From a virus, in IMG/VR virus record IMGVR_UViG_3300020204_000008: 64,000 nucleotides of DNA; one strand, given 5' to 3'. Both the position numbers and the translations under genes were made by a program. The notes below the pieces were generated by a model. It searched no databases. It saw only the letters and a list, made by a program, of their open reading frames with translations, and was not told the DNA's origin. Below, one piece after another: positions 38,574-47,940 of this stretch. How positions within the stretch are numbered: the stretch's first letter is position 1; every line of letters starts with the position of its first letter.

Positions 38574-40133
38574 TTATTTTAGAGTCGTATATTCTCCGTT
38601 TATAAAGTTAATGTGTTGAGCCTTACCGTCCTCGTGAATGATCACGTGAGACTGTAACCATGCGCTGGCTCCGATGTTGTATCCGACTCTTAATTGAGTG
38701 GTGGTACCGACTGCCAAGGCTCCGTCCTTTCTGCCAGGAGAGTGGTAGTGTCCAACTATGATCTTATGGTTAAGACGTCTAAATTGTTGTAAGCTTCCTC
38801 GGCTTCCGTTTGAGCCGATGTCTCCATGCTGACCTAATTCCCAGCCATTAACTATATAACTATCACTTCTACCTAGGGTTATGAAGTGCGGATATTTATT
38901 ATTTATCACCCATGGAATCACCCCGTTTGGTGCCTCTCCGCTTAGGATCGCCGAGGAATATTGCATGTACTCTAGCGAGTTTTTAGGAGTGACGGTCTTA
39001 CGCCAGTCAGTGTTCTTTAACCACCTGTCCACGAAATCGTCGTGATTGCTTCGAACGATCACAGTATTGTACTCCTCAAAGTCGCTAAGACCCTCTAATA
39101 ACTGATCGATCTCCTTCTTTAGAGAATTGGTACCCTCTAACTCCTTTTGATACTGTAAAAACGGATCCTTTTCCTCATGGTGACTGATTGACTTTCCATC
39201 AAACACGTCGTGTAGGATCACATGATCGGGATTAAGTTCTTCCATGATCTCAAAGGTCTTATTGACGACCCTAGTGTCATGACTGCCATAATGTAGGTCT
39301 CCCCAAACTATTGCCGAGATCTTATTGATTCTGGTCACATCCTCTTTTTCAACTCGATAGAACAGATCAGTAAAGCTACCGTCGTCCGTAGCTGTGACCT
39401 GTCTCATAAAAAAGATCTCACCGTTCTTGATCTCAACGATCACGAATCCAAGAGTGTGATGAAACTCTCCCTTTTTACCTGATTTAGAATCGGTGTAGTT
39501 TTTGATAGTGCAGGCACCGGTCGTTACCATCATCTTAGGCGCGTTTCCCTCCAGTACTGGAATCATCTCCATCTGTACCTTGGGTGAACCGAAAACGCAA
39601 GAATTGATACCGCTTAGTCCTTCCATACCCGTCATTGGATTCACAGCAGTCGGTTGGATCTTTACGTCAGACATGATGGATAAGTACTTATGAATGTCAT
39701 GACGATTCGCATCAAGATAACTCAATACATCGTCGGCCCAAACCTCTTCGTATTCTTGACTAGTGGACCAGATACTCGTGGGATTTTTATATCGACCTGC
39801 GATCACATGCACATCAGCGTTAATGAATTCGGCATACGCCTTGATGTTATTTAAAAAGTCTGTGTGTACTGGTGTGTTGTTTTGTGCCCAAGTTATGATG
39901 AACCTCTTAGTCTTTTTGTTATATTCCCTAGCTTGTGCAAGCTTCAACTGCGGTGACTCTTCAGCGGTTTTGGTACTAAAGTTAAGTTTTGTGATCCAGT
40001 TGTTGATTGTTCTAGTCGAACACTCGAATTTTTCAGAGAGACCAGTTATCCTTTCGTCCCAGGAAAGATCTCGGTTGTAATATGTCTCACAGATGTAAAG
40101 TTTATCGGATTCTTCAAGTTCATTAAACTTCAT
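38574..40133 (-). CDS. calcineurin-like metallophosphoesterase with N-terminal HTH
   Basis: GDLH, HDVFDG, SNHD, HGD, GHYHSP; LSEKFECSTRTINNW HTH; promoter motif at 40153..40179. Confidence 0.85.
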   Translation of the reverse strand: MKFNELEESDKLYICETYYNRDLSWDERITGLSEKFECSTRTINNWITKLNFSTKTAEESPQLKLAQAREYNKKTKRFIITWAQNNTPVHTDFLNNIKAYAEFINADVHVIAGRYKNPTSIWSTSQEYEEVWADDVLSYLDANRHDIHKYLSIMSDVKIQPTAVNPMTGMEGLSGINSCVFGSPKVQMEMIPVLEGNAPKMMVTTGACTIKNYTDSKSGKKGEFHHTLGFVIVEIKNGEIFFMRQVTATDDGSFTDLFYRVEKEDVTRINKISAIVWGDLHYGSHDTRVVNKTFEIMEELNPDHVILHDVFDGKSISHHEEKDPFLQYQKELEGTNSLKKEIDQLLEGLSDFEEYNTVIVRSNHDDFVDRWLKNTDWRKTVTPKNSLEYMQYSSAILSGEAPNGVIPWVINNKYPHFITLGRSDSYIVNGWELGQHGDIGSNGSRGSLQQFRRLNHKIIVGHYHSPGRKDGALAVGTTTQLRVGYNIGASAWLQSHVIIHEDGKAQHINFINGEYTTLK

Positions 40134-40178
40134 TTTAAGAAAAGTTTTGTATATTATATTCGAGAAAGGTCTAAAGTT

Positions 40179-42053
40179 TTAGACAACCTCCTCTGAATCT
40201 TCCTGCTTTTGGTCAGGCTCACTAAATCGTGCGTCCTGGTTCATTTCGTTCACTCTAATGTTCTGTCCTACTTCCTTCTGTAAGTTAAAAAACTCTGCTG
40301 AAACTGATGCCGGCGTCTCCTTCTTAAACTCTTCAAACTTCGAATCCTTAATTAGCTCAAGTATTTCCTCTGACTTTACGAAGCTTGGCAGCTCCACTAG
40401 TTTAAAGTCCTTGGATATTCTCAATGGGATATCCCTCTTCTTGATGTAATCAAACTGTAGAGCATAGTCTTTTACTCGACGATCAGTCGTTCCCCATAGG
40501 ATCGGTTCGTACTTGGGTCTAAGTTCTCTTATTATGTCAGAGATCTGCCCGCTAGGGACGATCATGACGTCGACGATCAGTTCCGGATATTCCTGTTGCA
40601 CCTTGTTTAACATGAGTCTAGTTGTCGCAAGAGAAAAAGGAGACTTTTTAGTCTGCACGTCCCTTTTTATAGCCACTAGAACGGTCTTGTTACCGTTGTT
40701 CTCCTTTAGTGCCTTGGCTGCTTTGATGTGACCCATCGTCACCGGTTGAAATCCTCCAATCAGGATGTTTACTCTTTGTGCCTCAGTCGACTCGCCGATC
40801 TTTTTTGCGTGTTCGACTTCGCTTAGGGTCATCCAATCGTTCGGTGATCCGATAAACTCACTAAAGCTCGGAAAGAGCCCTTCGTAGACCGCATCTCCCA
40901 TGATTATGTTTTTAATCTTTTGTACGATTAAGTTAAGCTGTGAGATCATTTCTGGAGTAAAGAATCCAGCGCTTGATCTTTTTCTCACCTTTCTAAAAAA
41001 GTTAAGCAATACTTTATAGATCTCCAAATTAGTCGCGTTCTTGCTGATCAGGTTTACCACTTCTGGATCTCCTACCAGGTTCAAGTCTAACTCAAACTCA
41101 GGTCTTTTTAAGTATTCAGGAACGTCTAGCTCAAGTCCATCGTACTTTTGAGAATATTCATTTAGGAAATCCTTAAATATCTGATTAATCAGACCGATGT
41201 ATTTCTGCTCATACTGATCTGAGTCCCCAATCATCTTACGTAGGTTCTCTATGTCGTACATCTCAAAGTGATTCATTAGATCAATGACGATCAACCAGAT
41301 ATAATCTTGTGAGTTTGAGGTTTTTGGTTGTGCTTCTTGCGATCTTTGTTGAAATATCGGATCCACAAGTTTTGCTAAGAATGCCTCGTTTTCAGAGTCC
41401 TCCCCATAGAACCTAAACACCAAAGTTTCCAAGTCCCTATCTGAAAAGGTTGACTTCTCATCTGGGCACAGGACTGAGATGATGTATTTAGTAAAAGAAG
41501 TGGTCTTAAACTTTTCCTCAAGCTCCTTTTGTTCAGTGTATATGAATTCTAGGATCTTGCTCTTTTGTTCGTCGTCAAGCTTGCCCTCAAATAGGATCGG
41601 CGGTGCCTCTACTTCTAGGTAATTTGCCCACCTCGTGAGCTGTTCCCTTGACTGTAGAGTCTCAGTGATCTTGCCGTCATCGTCTAATCTATGAATGTAT
41701 GAAAGTACCAAGTTATTCTTAGGCAGCTCTGCTCTTTTACTCGATAGAGTATCGCTCTTAGTAAAGAATTCAAAACCAAAAAAGAAGTTTGCTGGAATTC
41801 TTTGTCTCTTTTCAATGGGTAACTCATGAAAGTGCTTTATTGCAGGATTGTAGTACTTCATCAGCACCTGATCAACATAGGTGATTTCACCTGATTTCTT
41901 AAAATACTTGAACTGATCGTCCTGTGTCTTTTTTACTCCAAAAAAGGCTCCATCCATCTTTTCATTAATGATGACGTATTGATTAAGTAGTCCATTTAAG
42001 AAGGACTCGCCCCTCTTTTCGTAGACTTCCTTTAAGTTGTTTATTCCTGCCAT
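40179..42053 (-). CDS. fusion of a ligase-like covalent nucleotidyltransferase domain and an HxGH cytidylyltransferase-like domain
   Basis: INEKMDG (motif I), FGFEF, E.LV.R, AKLVD; C-terminal GGFQPVTMGH, SPF. Confidence 0.75.
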   Translation of the reverse strand: MAGINNLKEVYEKRGESFLNGLLNQYVIINEKMDGAFFGVKKTQDDQFKYFKKSGEITYVDQVLMKYYNPAIKHFHELPIEKRQRIPANFFFGFEFFTKSDTLSSKRAELPKNNLVLSYIHRLDDDGKITETLQSREQLTRWANYLEVEAPPILFEGKLDDEQKSKILEFIYTEQKELEEKFKTTSFTKYIISVLCPDEKSTFSDRDLETLVFRFYGEDSENEAFLAKLVDPIFQQRSQEAQPKTSNSQDYIWLIVIDLMNHFEMYDIENLRKMIGDSDQYEQKYIGLINQIFKDFLNEYSQKYDGLELDVPEYLKRPEFELDLNLVGDPEVVNLISKNATNLEIYKVLLNFFRKVRKRSSAGFFTPEMISQLNLIVQKIKNIIMGDAVYEGLFPSFSEFIGSPNDWMTLSEVEHAKKIGESTEAQRVNILIGGFQPVTMGHIKAAKALKENNGNKTVLVAIKRDVQTKKSPFSLATTRLMLNKVQQEYPELIVDVMIVPSGQISDIIRELRPKYEPILWGTTDRRVKDYALQFDYIKKRDIPLRISKDFKLVELPSFVKSEEILELIKDSKFEEFKKETPASVSAEFFNLQKEVGQNIRVNEMNQDARFSEPDQKQEDSEEVV

Positions 42054-42064
42054 GAATTTTTCTT

Positions 42065-42628
42065 TTAGATTTCTGGTTCAGTAGGTTTCGGTGCTGGTTG
42101 AGCAGGTTCAGTCGCAGGTTTAGCTTCCGGTTCTGGCTTTTCTTCGGGCTTCGGTGCTGACATTGCTTTTCTAATACTTTCAGAGTCAATGCTTATCGAT
42201 AAGCTACGCAAGTTATCAGAATCTTCAGGATTAGCCTCAAAGTATTCGATTACTTTTTTCAAATTGACGTTATTCGCCTCTTCGCCAAACCCTCCAGCAT
42301 CCTCGATCTTTTTTCTAAGGTTTTTAGCCGCTTTCCAGGTTCCGCCGTAGCTTAGTGACCAGCAGTAGAATCTCACCTGTTCCTGTTTACTGTCATAATA
42401 GTGCAAAATATCCTTGATTCTTTGAATAGCTCCATTTGCATCACGATATGTCGTTGCTCTACCTAAGTTATCTGAAGGAACTCCAAACCTTACTTGATCT
42501 GATAGAACCTCCATTAGTTCCTCAATTCGAGTGATCAGCTGATCTGCTGGATAACCCTTTAGAGGAGAAGCAGCTTCTTCTGCTTCCTTAATGTATTGTA
42601 AATAGCTTGGTATGTATTTGCTAGCCAT
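42065..42628 (-). CDS. CTS-motif protein with Pro/Glu-rich tail
   Basis: MASKYIPSYLQYIKEAEE; late motif at 42645..42653. Confidence 0.65.
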   Translation of the reverse strand: MASKYIPSYLQYIKEAEEAASPLKGYPADQLITRIEELMEVLSDQVRFGVPSDNLGRATTYRDANGAIQRIKDILHYYDSKQEQVRFYCWSLSYGGTWKAAKNLRKKIEDAGGFGEEANNVNLKKVIEYFEANPEDSDNLRSLSISIDSESIRKAMSAPKPEEKPEPEAKPATEPAQPAPKPTEPEI

Positions 42629-42651
42629 CCTAAAATATTTTTTATTATTTA

Positions 42652-43257
42652 TTATGACCCTTGACCTCTATTTATTAGATCGTCTAGCATTGTATTGAAT
42701 TGGGTTGAGCTTGTCTCATCAAAATGGTTAATCATTCGATTAAACTCATTACTTCGACTCAAATCAGTCATTTGAGGCATAAACTCCGAGAATACCCTTT
42801 CGAAGAGTTCTTTTTCGCGATCAGCATTCTCAAAATTACCAAAGTAGTCTTTTATTCCACGACTGGCTTCAACACCATCGGCTCTTTCTACATAGAGTAC
42901 TTTACTCATTTGATAAAGCTCACTGTCGAGTATCTTCTTGAACTCTTCAAGAAGTCTAAGCTGTCCCATTCTTTCCCGATAGATCGACCACACGTATGCT
43001 GAAAAGATGCAACGATCAAAAACTAGGATGTGATCCTTTAATAGGGTCTGATTGAGTTCAAGAATGGTAAGGACGTTTGCGATGCTAAAATAGTGAACGC
43101 CTGGACCGGTTTCTTGATCTCTCATCTTGAGATCATCAACGTACTTTGCGAATTGAAACTTATAATAGTGAACCTTTGGATTTTGATTCTGTTCAAAAAA
43201 TCGATCGATTAAAAAAGTTTTTCCGCTCAATCGGTGGCCTTCGATTATAACTATCAT
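42652..43257 (-). CDS. P-loop nucleoside monophosphate kinase (dTMP-kinase-like)
   Basis: IIIEGHRLSGKT, VFDRCIFSAYVW. Confidence 0.8.
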   Translation of the reverse strand: MIVIIEGHRLSGKTFLIDRFFEQNQNPKVHYYKFQFAKYVDDLKMRDQETGPGVHYFSIANVLTILELNQTLLKDHILVFDRCIFSAYVWSIYRERMGQLRLLEEFKKILDSELYQMSKVLYVERADGVEASRGIKDYFGNFENADREKELFERVFSEFMPQMTDLSRSNEFNRMINHFDETSSTQFNTMLDDLINRGQGS

Positions 43258-43841
43258 CGTAATTGTATTCTTCTTGATTCGCCTGAACTAAAGTCATAGA
43301 GTGAGATCACCTTAGACTTATCGACAAACTGCATGTTTAGTATTATCATATCATCTAGACTCCTTATGGTTTTTAATCTAGTCACCTTTTCATAGAAGAA
43401 GTCCTGATACTTTCTCAACTGCTCTAGTGAATCCTCATAGATCGCGATCTCCTTGATGTTGGGCAAGTTGCCTAATTCTTCTTCGAGAATCGCGACCTTT
43501 TCGCTCACCCGACCTAAGAAATACTTTTCATCGAACGTTATTCCATGCATCTCTAAAAGACGATCGGCTTCGGGTCGAAGCTCCTCAGTCCTGTGAGTTA
43601 TCAGGATCACTCGTGCATTGGGATCATCGCTTGCGGCTTTCCAGTCTTCATATACTGGGCCGATCAATTGAATGTTATGTATGTCAGGATCCATTGAGCT
43701 CGGATGATCGTAGAAAGAGTATGGGTCGGGAAATGTCAGGCCCGAATAGAGTCTCTCTACTGAAAATCGATCGGTGTATCCCGGCATCCTAAATATCGTC
43801 TCATCGAAATCAAAGACTAAAAGTCGAGTTATATTATTCAT
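43254..43841 (-). CDS. HAD phosphatase (Swiss Army Knife RNA-repair-like); probable start MNNITR
   Basis: LLVFDFDETIF.MP, ILITHR, K, IYEDS. Confidence 0.8.
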   Translation of the reverse strand: MNNITRLLVFDFDETIFRMPGYTDRFSVERLYSGLTFPDPYSFYDHPSSMDPDIHNIQLIGPVYEDWKAASDDPNARVILITHRTEELRPEADRLLEMHGITFDEKYFLGRVSEKVAILEEELGNLPNIKEIAIYEDSLEQLRKYQDFFYEKVTRLKTIRSLDDMIILNMQFVDKSKVISLYDFSSGESRRIQLR

Positions 43842-43885
43842 ACTATATTCTATTGATAAATAACAAAAAGTTTTATCCAAAAAAG

Positions 43886-44377
43886 ATGACTAAATACATC
43901 AAGCTGTACGAAGACTATCAACAGGACATCAAGACCACGACTGAGGAGACCGGCCACACTTGGACTCAAATCAGAGATGCGATCCAGACCAAGATCCCAT
44001 TCGTGATAATCACCTTTAAGGACAAGGAGAGCTATACTTCTGCTCTTGATTCTGATCTTCTCGATGACGACTACATAAAACAGTCTGCTGCAATCAGTCA
44101 CGACGGTAAGTTAATAGACTATCCGTCCATCTTTATGGTGCTTGATGACGATGTCGAATTTAAAGATAAGATACCACAAATCTTTGAAAAATATAAGATT
44201 AAGAACCTGATTCTTGGTAAAAAAGGAGAGGAATACGTAGACTATTATTTTGAAGACGGCTCGACTTCACCGGCAGGAAACGAAGTAGTCTCTTCAATCA
44301 GTAAGGACGATATGGAGAATGACGAGCATTTCAAGATAGGTTCTACATACTACAGGTTTGTCGATTTTGTGAGTTAA
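43886..44377 (+). CDS. CTS-motif protein; probable start ATG 43886
   Basis: MTKYIKLYEDY; late motif GATAAATAA at 43855..43863. Confidence 0.7.
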   Translation: MTKYIKLYEDYQQDIKTTTEETGHTWTQIRDAIQTKIPFVIITFKDKESYTSALDSDLLDDDYIKQSAAISHDGKLIDYPSIFMVLDDDVEFKDKIPQIFEKYKIKNLILGKKGEEYVDYYFEDGSTSPAGNEVVSSISKDDMENDEHFKIGSTYYRFVDFVS

Positions 44378-44419
44378 ACTTTTATTCTTTTTTAAGTATA
44401 AGGATAAAAACATTCCGCT

Positions 44420-44854
44420 ATGAACGAGGAGACCAAGACCAAGATTTCTAAAAAGTTTCAGGACAGAAGGGCTGAGGTCTCTAAGGAGATCTATGAAAAC
44501 ATTGAAAAGCTTTCCAATCTCAAGACTCTTAAGGAAGCCCAGGTCAACATGCTCTCCCTACGTCAGCGATTATTGGAGGACAATCATACTCTATTGGAAC
44601 ACGTGACTCTACTCAGAAAAAAATATAGAGACGAACGTTCAGTAGAGATGGAAAACATCTCAAGAAACCTACAGATAAGATATCAAGCTAACGAAAAGAA
44701 TGTTGTGATCGAGGGCAGGACCTCTGCGACTAAGGAATCCTTAGAGATAATTGAGAATCAGGTCTCATTCTTCAATGAGTCGATCAAGACCATCGATAAC
44801 ATCATCTTTGGTATCAAGACCCGACTCGATATAGAAAAGACCCTAGGTCTATAA
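44420..44854 (+). CDS. uvsY: UvsY-like recombination mediator
   Basis: About 140-aa coiled coil ending IKTIDN..FGIKTRLD.EK, directly upstream of uvsW; promoter motif at 44376..44402. Confidence 0.65.
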   Translation: MNEETKTKISKKFQDRRAEVSKEIYENIEKLSNLKTLKEAQVNMLSLRQRLLEDNHTLLEHVTLLRKKYRDERSVEMENISRNLQIRYQANEKNVVIEGRTSATKESLEIIENQVSFFNESIKTIDNIIFGIKTRLDIEKTLGL

Positions 44855-44869
44855 AAATAATGCACTGTC

Positions 44870-46303
44870 GTGCTAAGATTCAAAGTATCACAAGACAAGA
44901 AATTCATTAAGCTCGTAGATTCCACTCTAAACAGTGAAAAGACGAGCTTGTTTAGATTTTTTAAGCGAAAGTCTAAAAAAGCGGCATTCAATGTCCTTGT
45001 TGATCGCGGAGTGTGGGATGGATTGGACTCTTTTATTACTAAAGACGGCAATATCGCAATCGGACTGTGGAAAGAGATTTATAACTTTGCTGAAAAGTAC
45101 GGATATGACTGTGAGATCGAGGGAGCAGACCAATTCGTTAACACTAAGCTTGACAAGGCTAAATATCTTAAGTATGTTGAGAAACTATTAGACGGAATAG
45201 TCGATGAGAGAGGCTTTCCAATCGTGCCCAGGGACTATCAGATCGAAGGAGCGTTTAGAGCTATCAAATATAAGTTCTGTACCCAAGAGTTGGCGACCTC
45301 TGCCGGTAAGACTCTCATCTTTTTCATCTATAACTCATTCTTAAGGGATGGAGGCAAGATCACAAAGGATCGAAAGTCACTAATCATCGTTCCAAACATC
45401 TCGCTAGTCGGCCAGACTGCCGAAAAGTTCGAAATGTATGCTCAACCTGGTAGAGAATGGAGCGTGTGTACCATTGGAGGTAAGGACAAGTTCACTCAAG
45501 AGCGTTTTGATGATGCTGAAGTCGTGATTTCGACCTATCAGAGCCTAATTAACCTTCCAGTAGAAGTATTTAGGAAGTTTACGATAGTTCAAGTGGATGA
45601 GGTACATAAATCAAAGGGTAATTCCATTCGAGAGATCCTCTTGACCTGTGTTAATTGGGAATATCGACTGGGTTTATCCGGAACAGTTAAATTAGACGAG
45701 CAGTTTTCGGATTTTTTTAGGGTTCAGGAAAACGTTGGCCCTCTGGTGATGGTCCTTTCAGCAAAACACCTAATTGATCACGGATATTCGCCAAACATCC
45801 AGATCAAGATCATAAAACTCAAATACGATGAGTCGGAACCGATGATTCAAAAATACTGGCATCTAAAGGAGACCGGTAAGGAGATGTATAACAATCCCAA
45901 GGACTTTGGGCGGGACATGTTAGCCATCGAGAAGGGAATTATCTTCGATAGTAAAGAGAGATTAGACTTTATTAGTGATTTAGCTCGAAAATTCGGAAAA
46001 AACTCACTAGTCCTCTTTTCAGACGTCAAAAACGGTTACGGCAAGGCGATTCAGTCTAAATTGTTAGAGTGGAATCCAAATACTTTCTATATTGACGGCG
46101 AAGTTGACTCAAAGGATCGCGATAGGTTTATTAAAATTCTTGAAAATCCAAGTGACTTAACCGATATTGAATTTGGAGAAATTAAAATTACAGTTCATCA
46201 ATATTCTATTGTTCCTTTAAATAATGGTAAGTTTAAATTAGCTAAGGATATTACAATAGATGATGATATATCAGATGAGTGGATAAAAAATAATATGATA
46301 TGA
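44870..46303 (+). CDS. uvsW: UvsW helicase, N-terminal piece, plus a 52-aa foreign tail
   Basis: WDG, PRDYQ, ATSAGKT, IVP...LV.Q, STYQS, DEVH, GLSGT, YIDGEV; lacks motifs V and VI. Confidence 0.93.
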   Translation: MLRFKVSQDKKFIKLVDSTLNSEKTSLFRFFKRKSKKAAFNVLVDRGVWDGLDSFITKDGNIAIGLWKEIYNFAEKYGYDCEIEGADQFVNTKLDKAKYLKYVEKLLDGIVDERGFPIVPRDYQIEGAFRAIKYKFCTQELATSAGKTLIFFIYNSFLRDGGKITKDRKSLIIVPNISLVGQTAEKFEMYAQPGREWSVCTIGGKDKFTQERFDDAEVVISTYQSLINLPVEVFRKFTIVQVDEVHKSKGNSIREILLTCVNWEYRLGLSGTVKLDEQFSDFFRVQENVGPLVMVLSAKHLIDHGYSPNIQIKIIKLKYDESEPMIQKYWHLKETGKEMYNNPKDFGRDMLAIEKGIIFDSKERLDFISDLARKFGKNSLVLFSDVKNGYGKAIQSKLLEWNPNTFYIDGEVDSKDRDRFIKILENPSDLTDIEFGEIKITVHQYSIVPLNNGKFKLAKDITIDDDISDEWIKNNMI

Positions 46304-47292
46304 CGAAGGAACAAATAATGAATATTTTTATTGAATTCTGCGGAGCTCCGCAATCACTAGATAAATTAATAGAATATCTTGATTTTGTTATTTTATCAAA
46401 AAAGGATGATTTGTGCCAAGAGTATTGTGAAACTCATCATATTTTGCCTAGAGCACAATTTTTAGAGTATCAAAATAGCGAATGGAATCTAGTTAAATTA
46501 AAATATGAAGATCATATAAGAGCCCATGAACTCCTATTCATAGCATATCCAATTAGAAAAAATCAGCGTACTTTAAATTTCATGAAAAGTGAAATGAATA
46601 AGAATTCACAGTTAATATCAAAGTCATCTAAAAATGGATGGAAAAATTTAAAGCTCAATACTGAAAAATATGAAAATTGGAGAAATTCTCGAATTAACTA
46701 TATGAAAAATAATTCCAGCTGTCTACAATCAAAAAGAGCTAAACGTGGATGGGATACTCCTGAAAAATATGAAAAACGGTCTCAACTCAATAAAGAAAAT
46801 TGGACACCTGAACTAAGAGCTTGGAAAAGTAGAAGCATGTCTCAATATTTTAAAGATAATCCTCAAGAAATAGCTGAACGTAATCAAAAAAGATGGGATA
46901 ATATGTCACATGAAAAAAGAGAACAATTTAATAATAAAATGAAAATTATAAATTTAGATCCAATTAAAAGAGCAAAGGCCGGCGAAAAAATTAGTAACAA
47001 ATGGAAGGATCCTGAATATAGAGATAAAATGAAAAATCGAAATACTTATAAACTTTCCTTTAGGTTTATTTCTCCTACTGGCGAAATATATGAAAGATCC
47101 GGATTTTTTGAAATGATTAATGAGTTTAATTTTTCTCCATATTTTGTAAATAAATTTAAAAATACTGGAAAACCTGTGAGTACTACTAAAAAGAGTCAAG
47201 ACGCTTTAAATACAGTAGGATGGATGTTTTTTCAAAAATAATAAACTAATATGGCAAAACCAAGTAAACATAAAAATTATAGAGATGAAAAT
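46148..47292 (+). mobile_element. AT-rich HNH insertion splitting uvsW, bounded by TGAAAAT repeats
   Basis: TGAAAAT at 46141..46147 and 47286..47292; removing the insert gives KILEN-EATAVIVASY. Confidence 0.75.
46300..47241 (+). CDS. free-standing HNH homing endonuclease (Mob-like)
   Basis: ETHHILPR...NLVKL..EDH..AHELL, followed by basic helical repeats. Confidence 0.9.
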   Translation: MTKEQIMNIFIEFCGAPQSLDKLIEYLDFVILSKKDDLCQEYCETHHILPRAQFLEYQNSEWNLVKLKYEDHIRAHELLFIAYPIRKNQRTLNFMKSEMNKNSQLISKSSKNGWKNLKLNTEKYENWRNSRINYMKNNSSCLQSKRAKRGWDTPEKYEKRSQLNKENWTPELRAWKSRSMSQYFKDNPQEIAERNQKRWDNMSHEKREQFNNKMKIINLDPIKRAKAGEKISNKWKDPEYRDKMKNRNTYKLSFRFISPTGEIYERSGFFEMINEFNFSPYFVNKFKNTGKPVSTTKKSQDALNTVGWMFFQK

Positions 47293-47596
47293 GAGGCAAC
47301 GGCTGTGATCGTTGCCTCATACTGAGGACGGAACATTTGCCACTGGAATCGATTCTAAAAACCTTCATCACATCATCTTAGCCGAATCGATCAAGGCTGA
47401 GGTCACACTACGTCAAGCAATCGGTAGAGGGATGAGAAAATTGGCAGAAAAGACAAAAGTGCTCGTTTGGGACCTAGTTGATCAGCTTGATGGCTATTCG
47501 ATTAGGCACGCTAAAGTAAGAAAAGAGATCTATCGAGAACAGAAATTCGAGACGTCAGACAAGACAGTCGACTTAACGAAAAAACGACCTGAGTAG
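47251..47596 (+). CDS. uvsW: UvsW C-terminal piece (motifs V and VI), interrupted by a 7-nt gap containing TGA
   Basis: ATG 47251 reads MAKPSKHKNYRDENEATAVIVASY-TGA; GTFATGID.KNLHH..QAIGRGMRK resumes in the +1 frame at 47330. Confidence 0.8.
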
Positions 47597-47604
47597 GTCG
47601 TTTT
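47581..47604. terminator. bidirectional terminator hairpin
   Basis: AAAACGACCT-gagt-AGGTCGTTTT. Confidence 0.8.
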
Positions 47605-47666
47605 ATGCTATTTTAAAAAAAAGAATATCTTTAATCATTATATAATACCTCGGTGAAGTTAATTGA

Positions 47667-47924
47667 TTATTTTTGTCTTTTTATTACATTACGAAGTATT
47701 TCAACAGTCTTATTGTCGAATTTACCTGTAACTTTGGGAGCATGTGTTTCTTGAAATCCTTTAAGTGCCTCAACTGTTTCTGAGTCAAGTTTTCCGGTCT
47801 GAGACACACCCAACACGTTTTGAAAACTTTTCAATTCTTCCTCAGTTATGATTGGACCTCCAGGACCAGCGACTTCGTTTACAAACTGACCGAATGTTTT
47901 TACGTGGTTCTTATTCATCATCAT
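47667..47924 (-). CDS. CTS-motif protein with peptidoglycan-binding (PGBD-like) repeats
   Basis: HVKTFGQFVNE; LKSFQ..LG...TGKLDSET and LKGFQ......TGKFDNKT. Confidence 0.7.
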   Translation of the reverse strand: MMMNKNHVKTFGQFVNEVAGPGGPIITEEELKSFQNVLGVSQTGKLDSETVEALKGFQETHAPKVTGKFDNKTVEILRNVIKRQK

Positions 47925-47940
47925 TATTATTTATTTTTAT

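Noticed and set aside
46148-47292. Group I intron in uvsW
   Set aside because: The insert is almost wholly coding, leaving no room for a ribozyme core, and no junction within the TGAAAAT repeat gives both a 5' exon U and a terminal G
47312-47596. TTG-started ORF MPHTEDG as the true UvsW-C gene
   Set aside because: It would omit the conserved VIVASY strand, which is encoded in the other frame from ATG 47251; cannot be fully excluded
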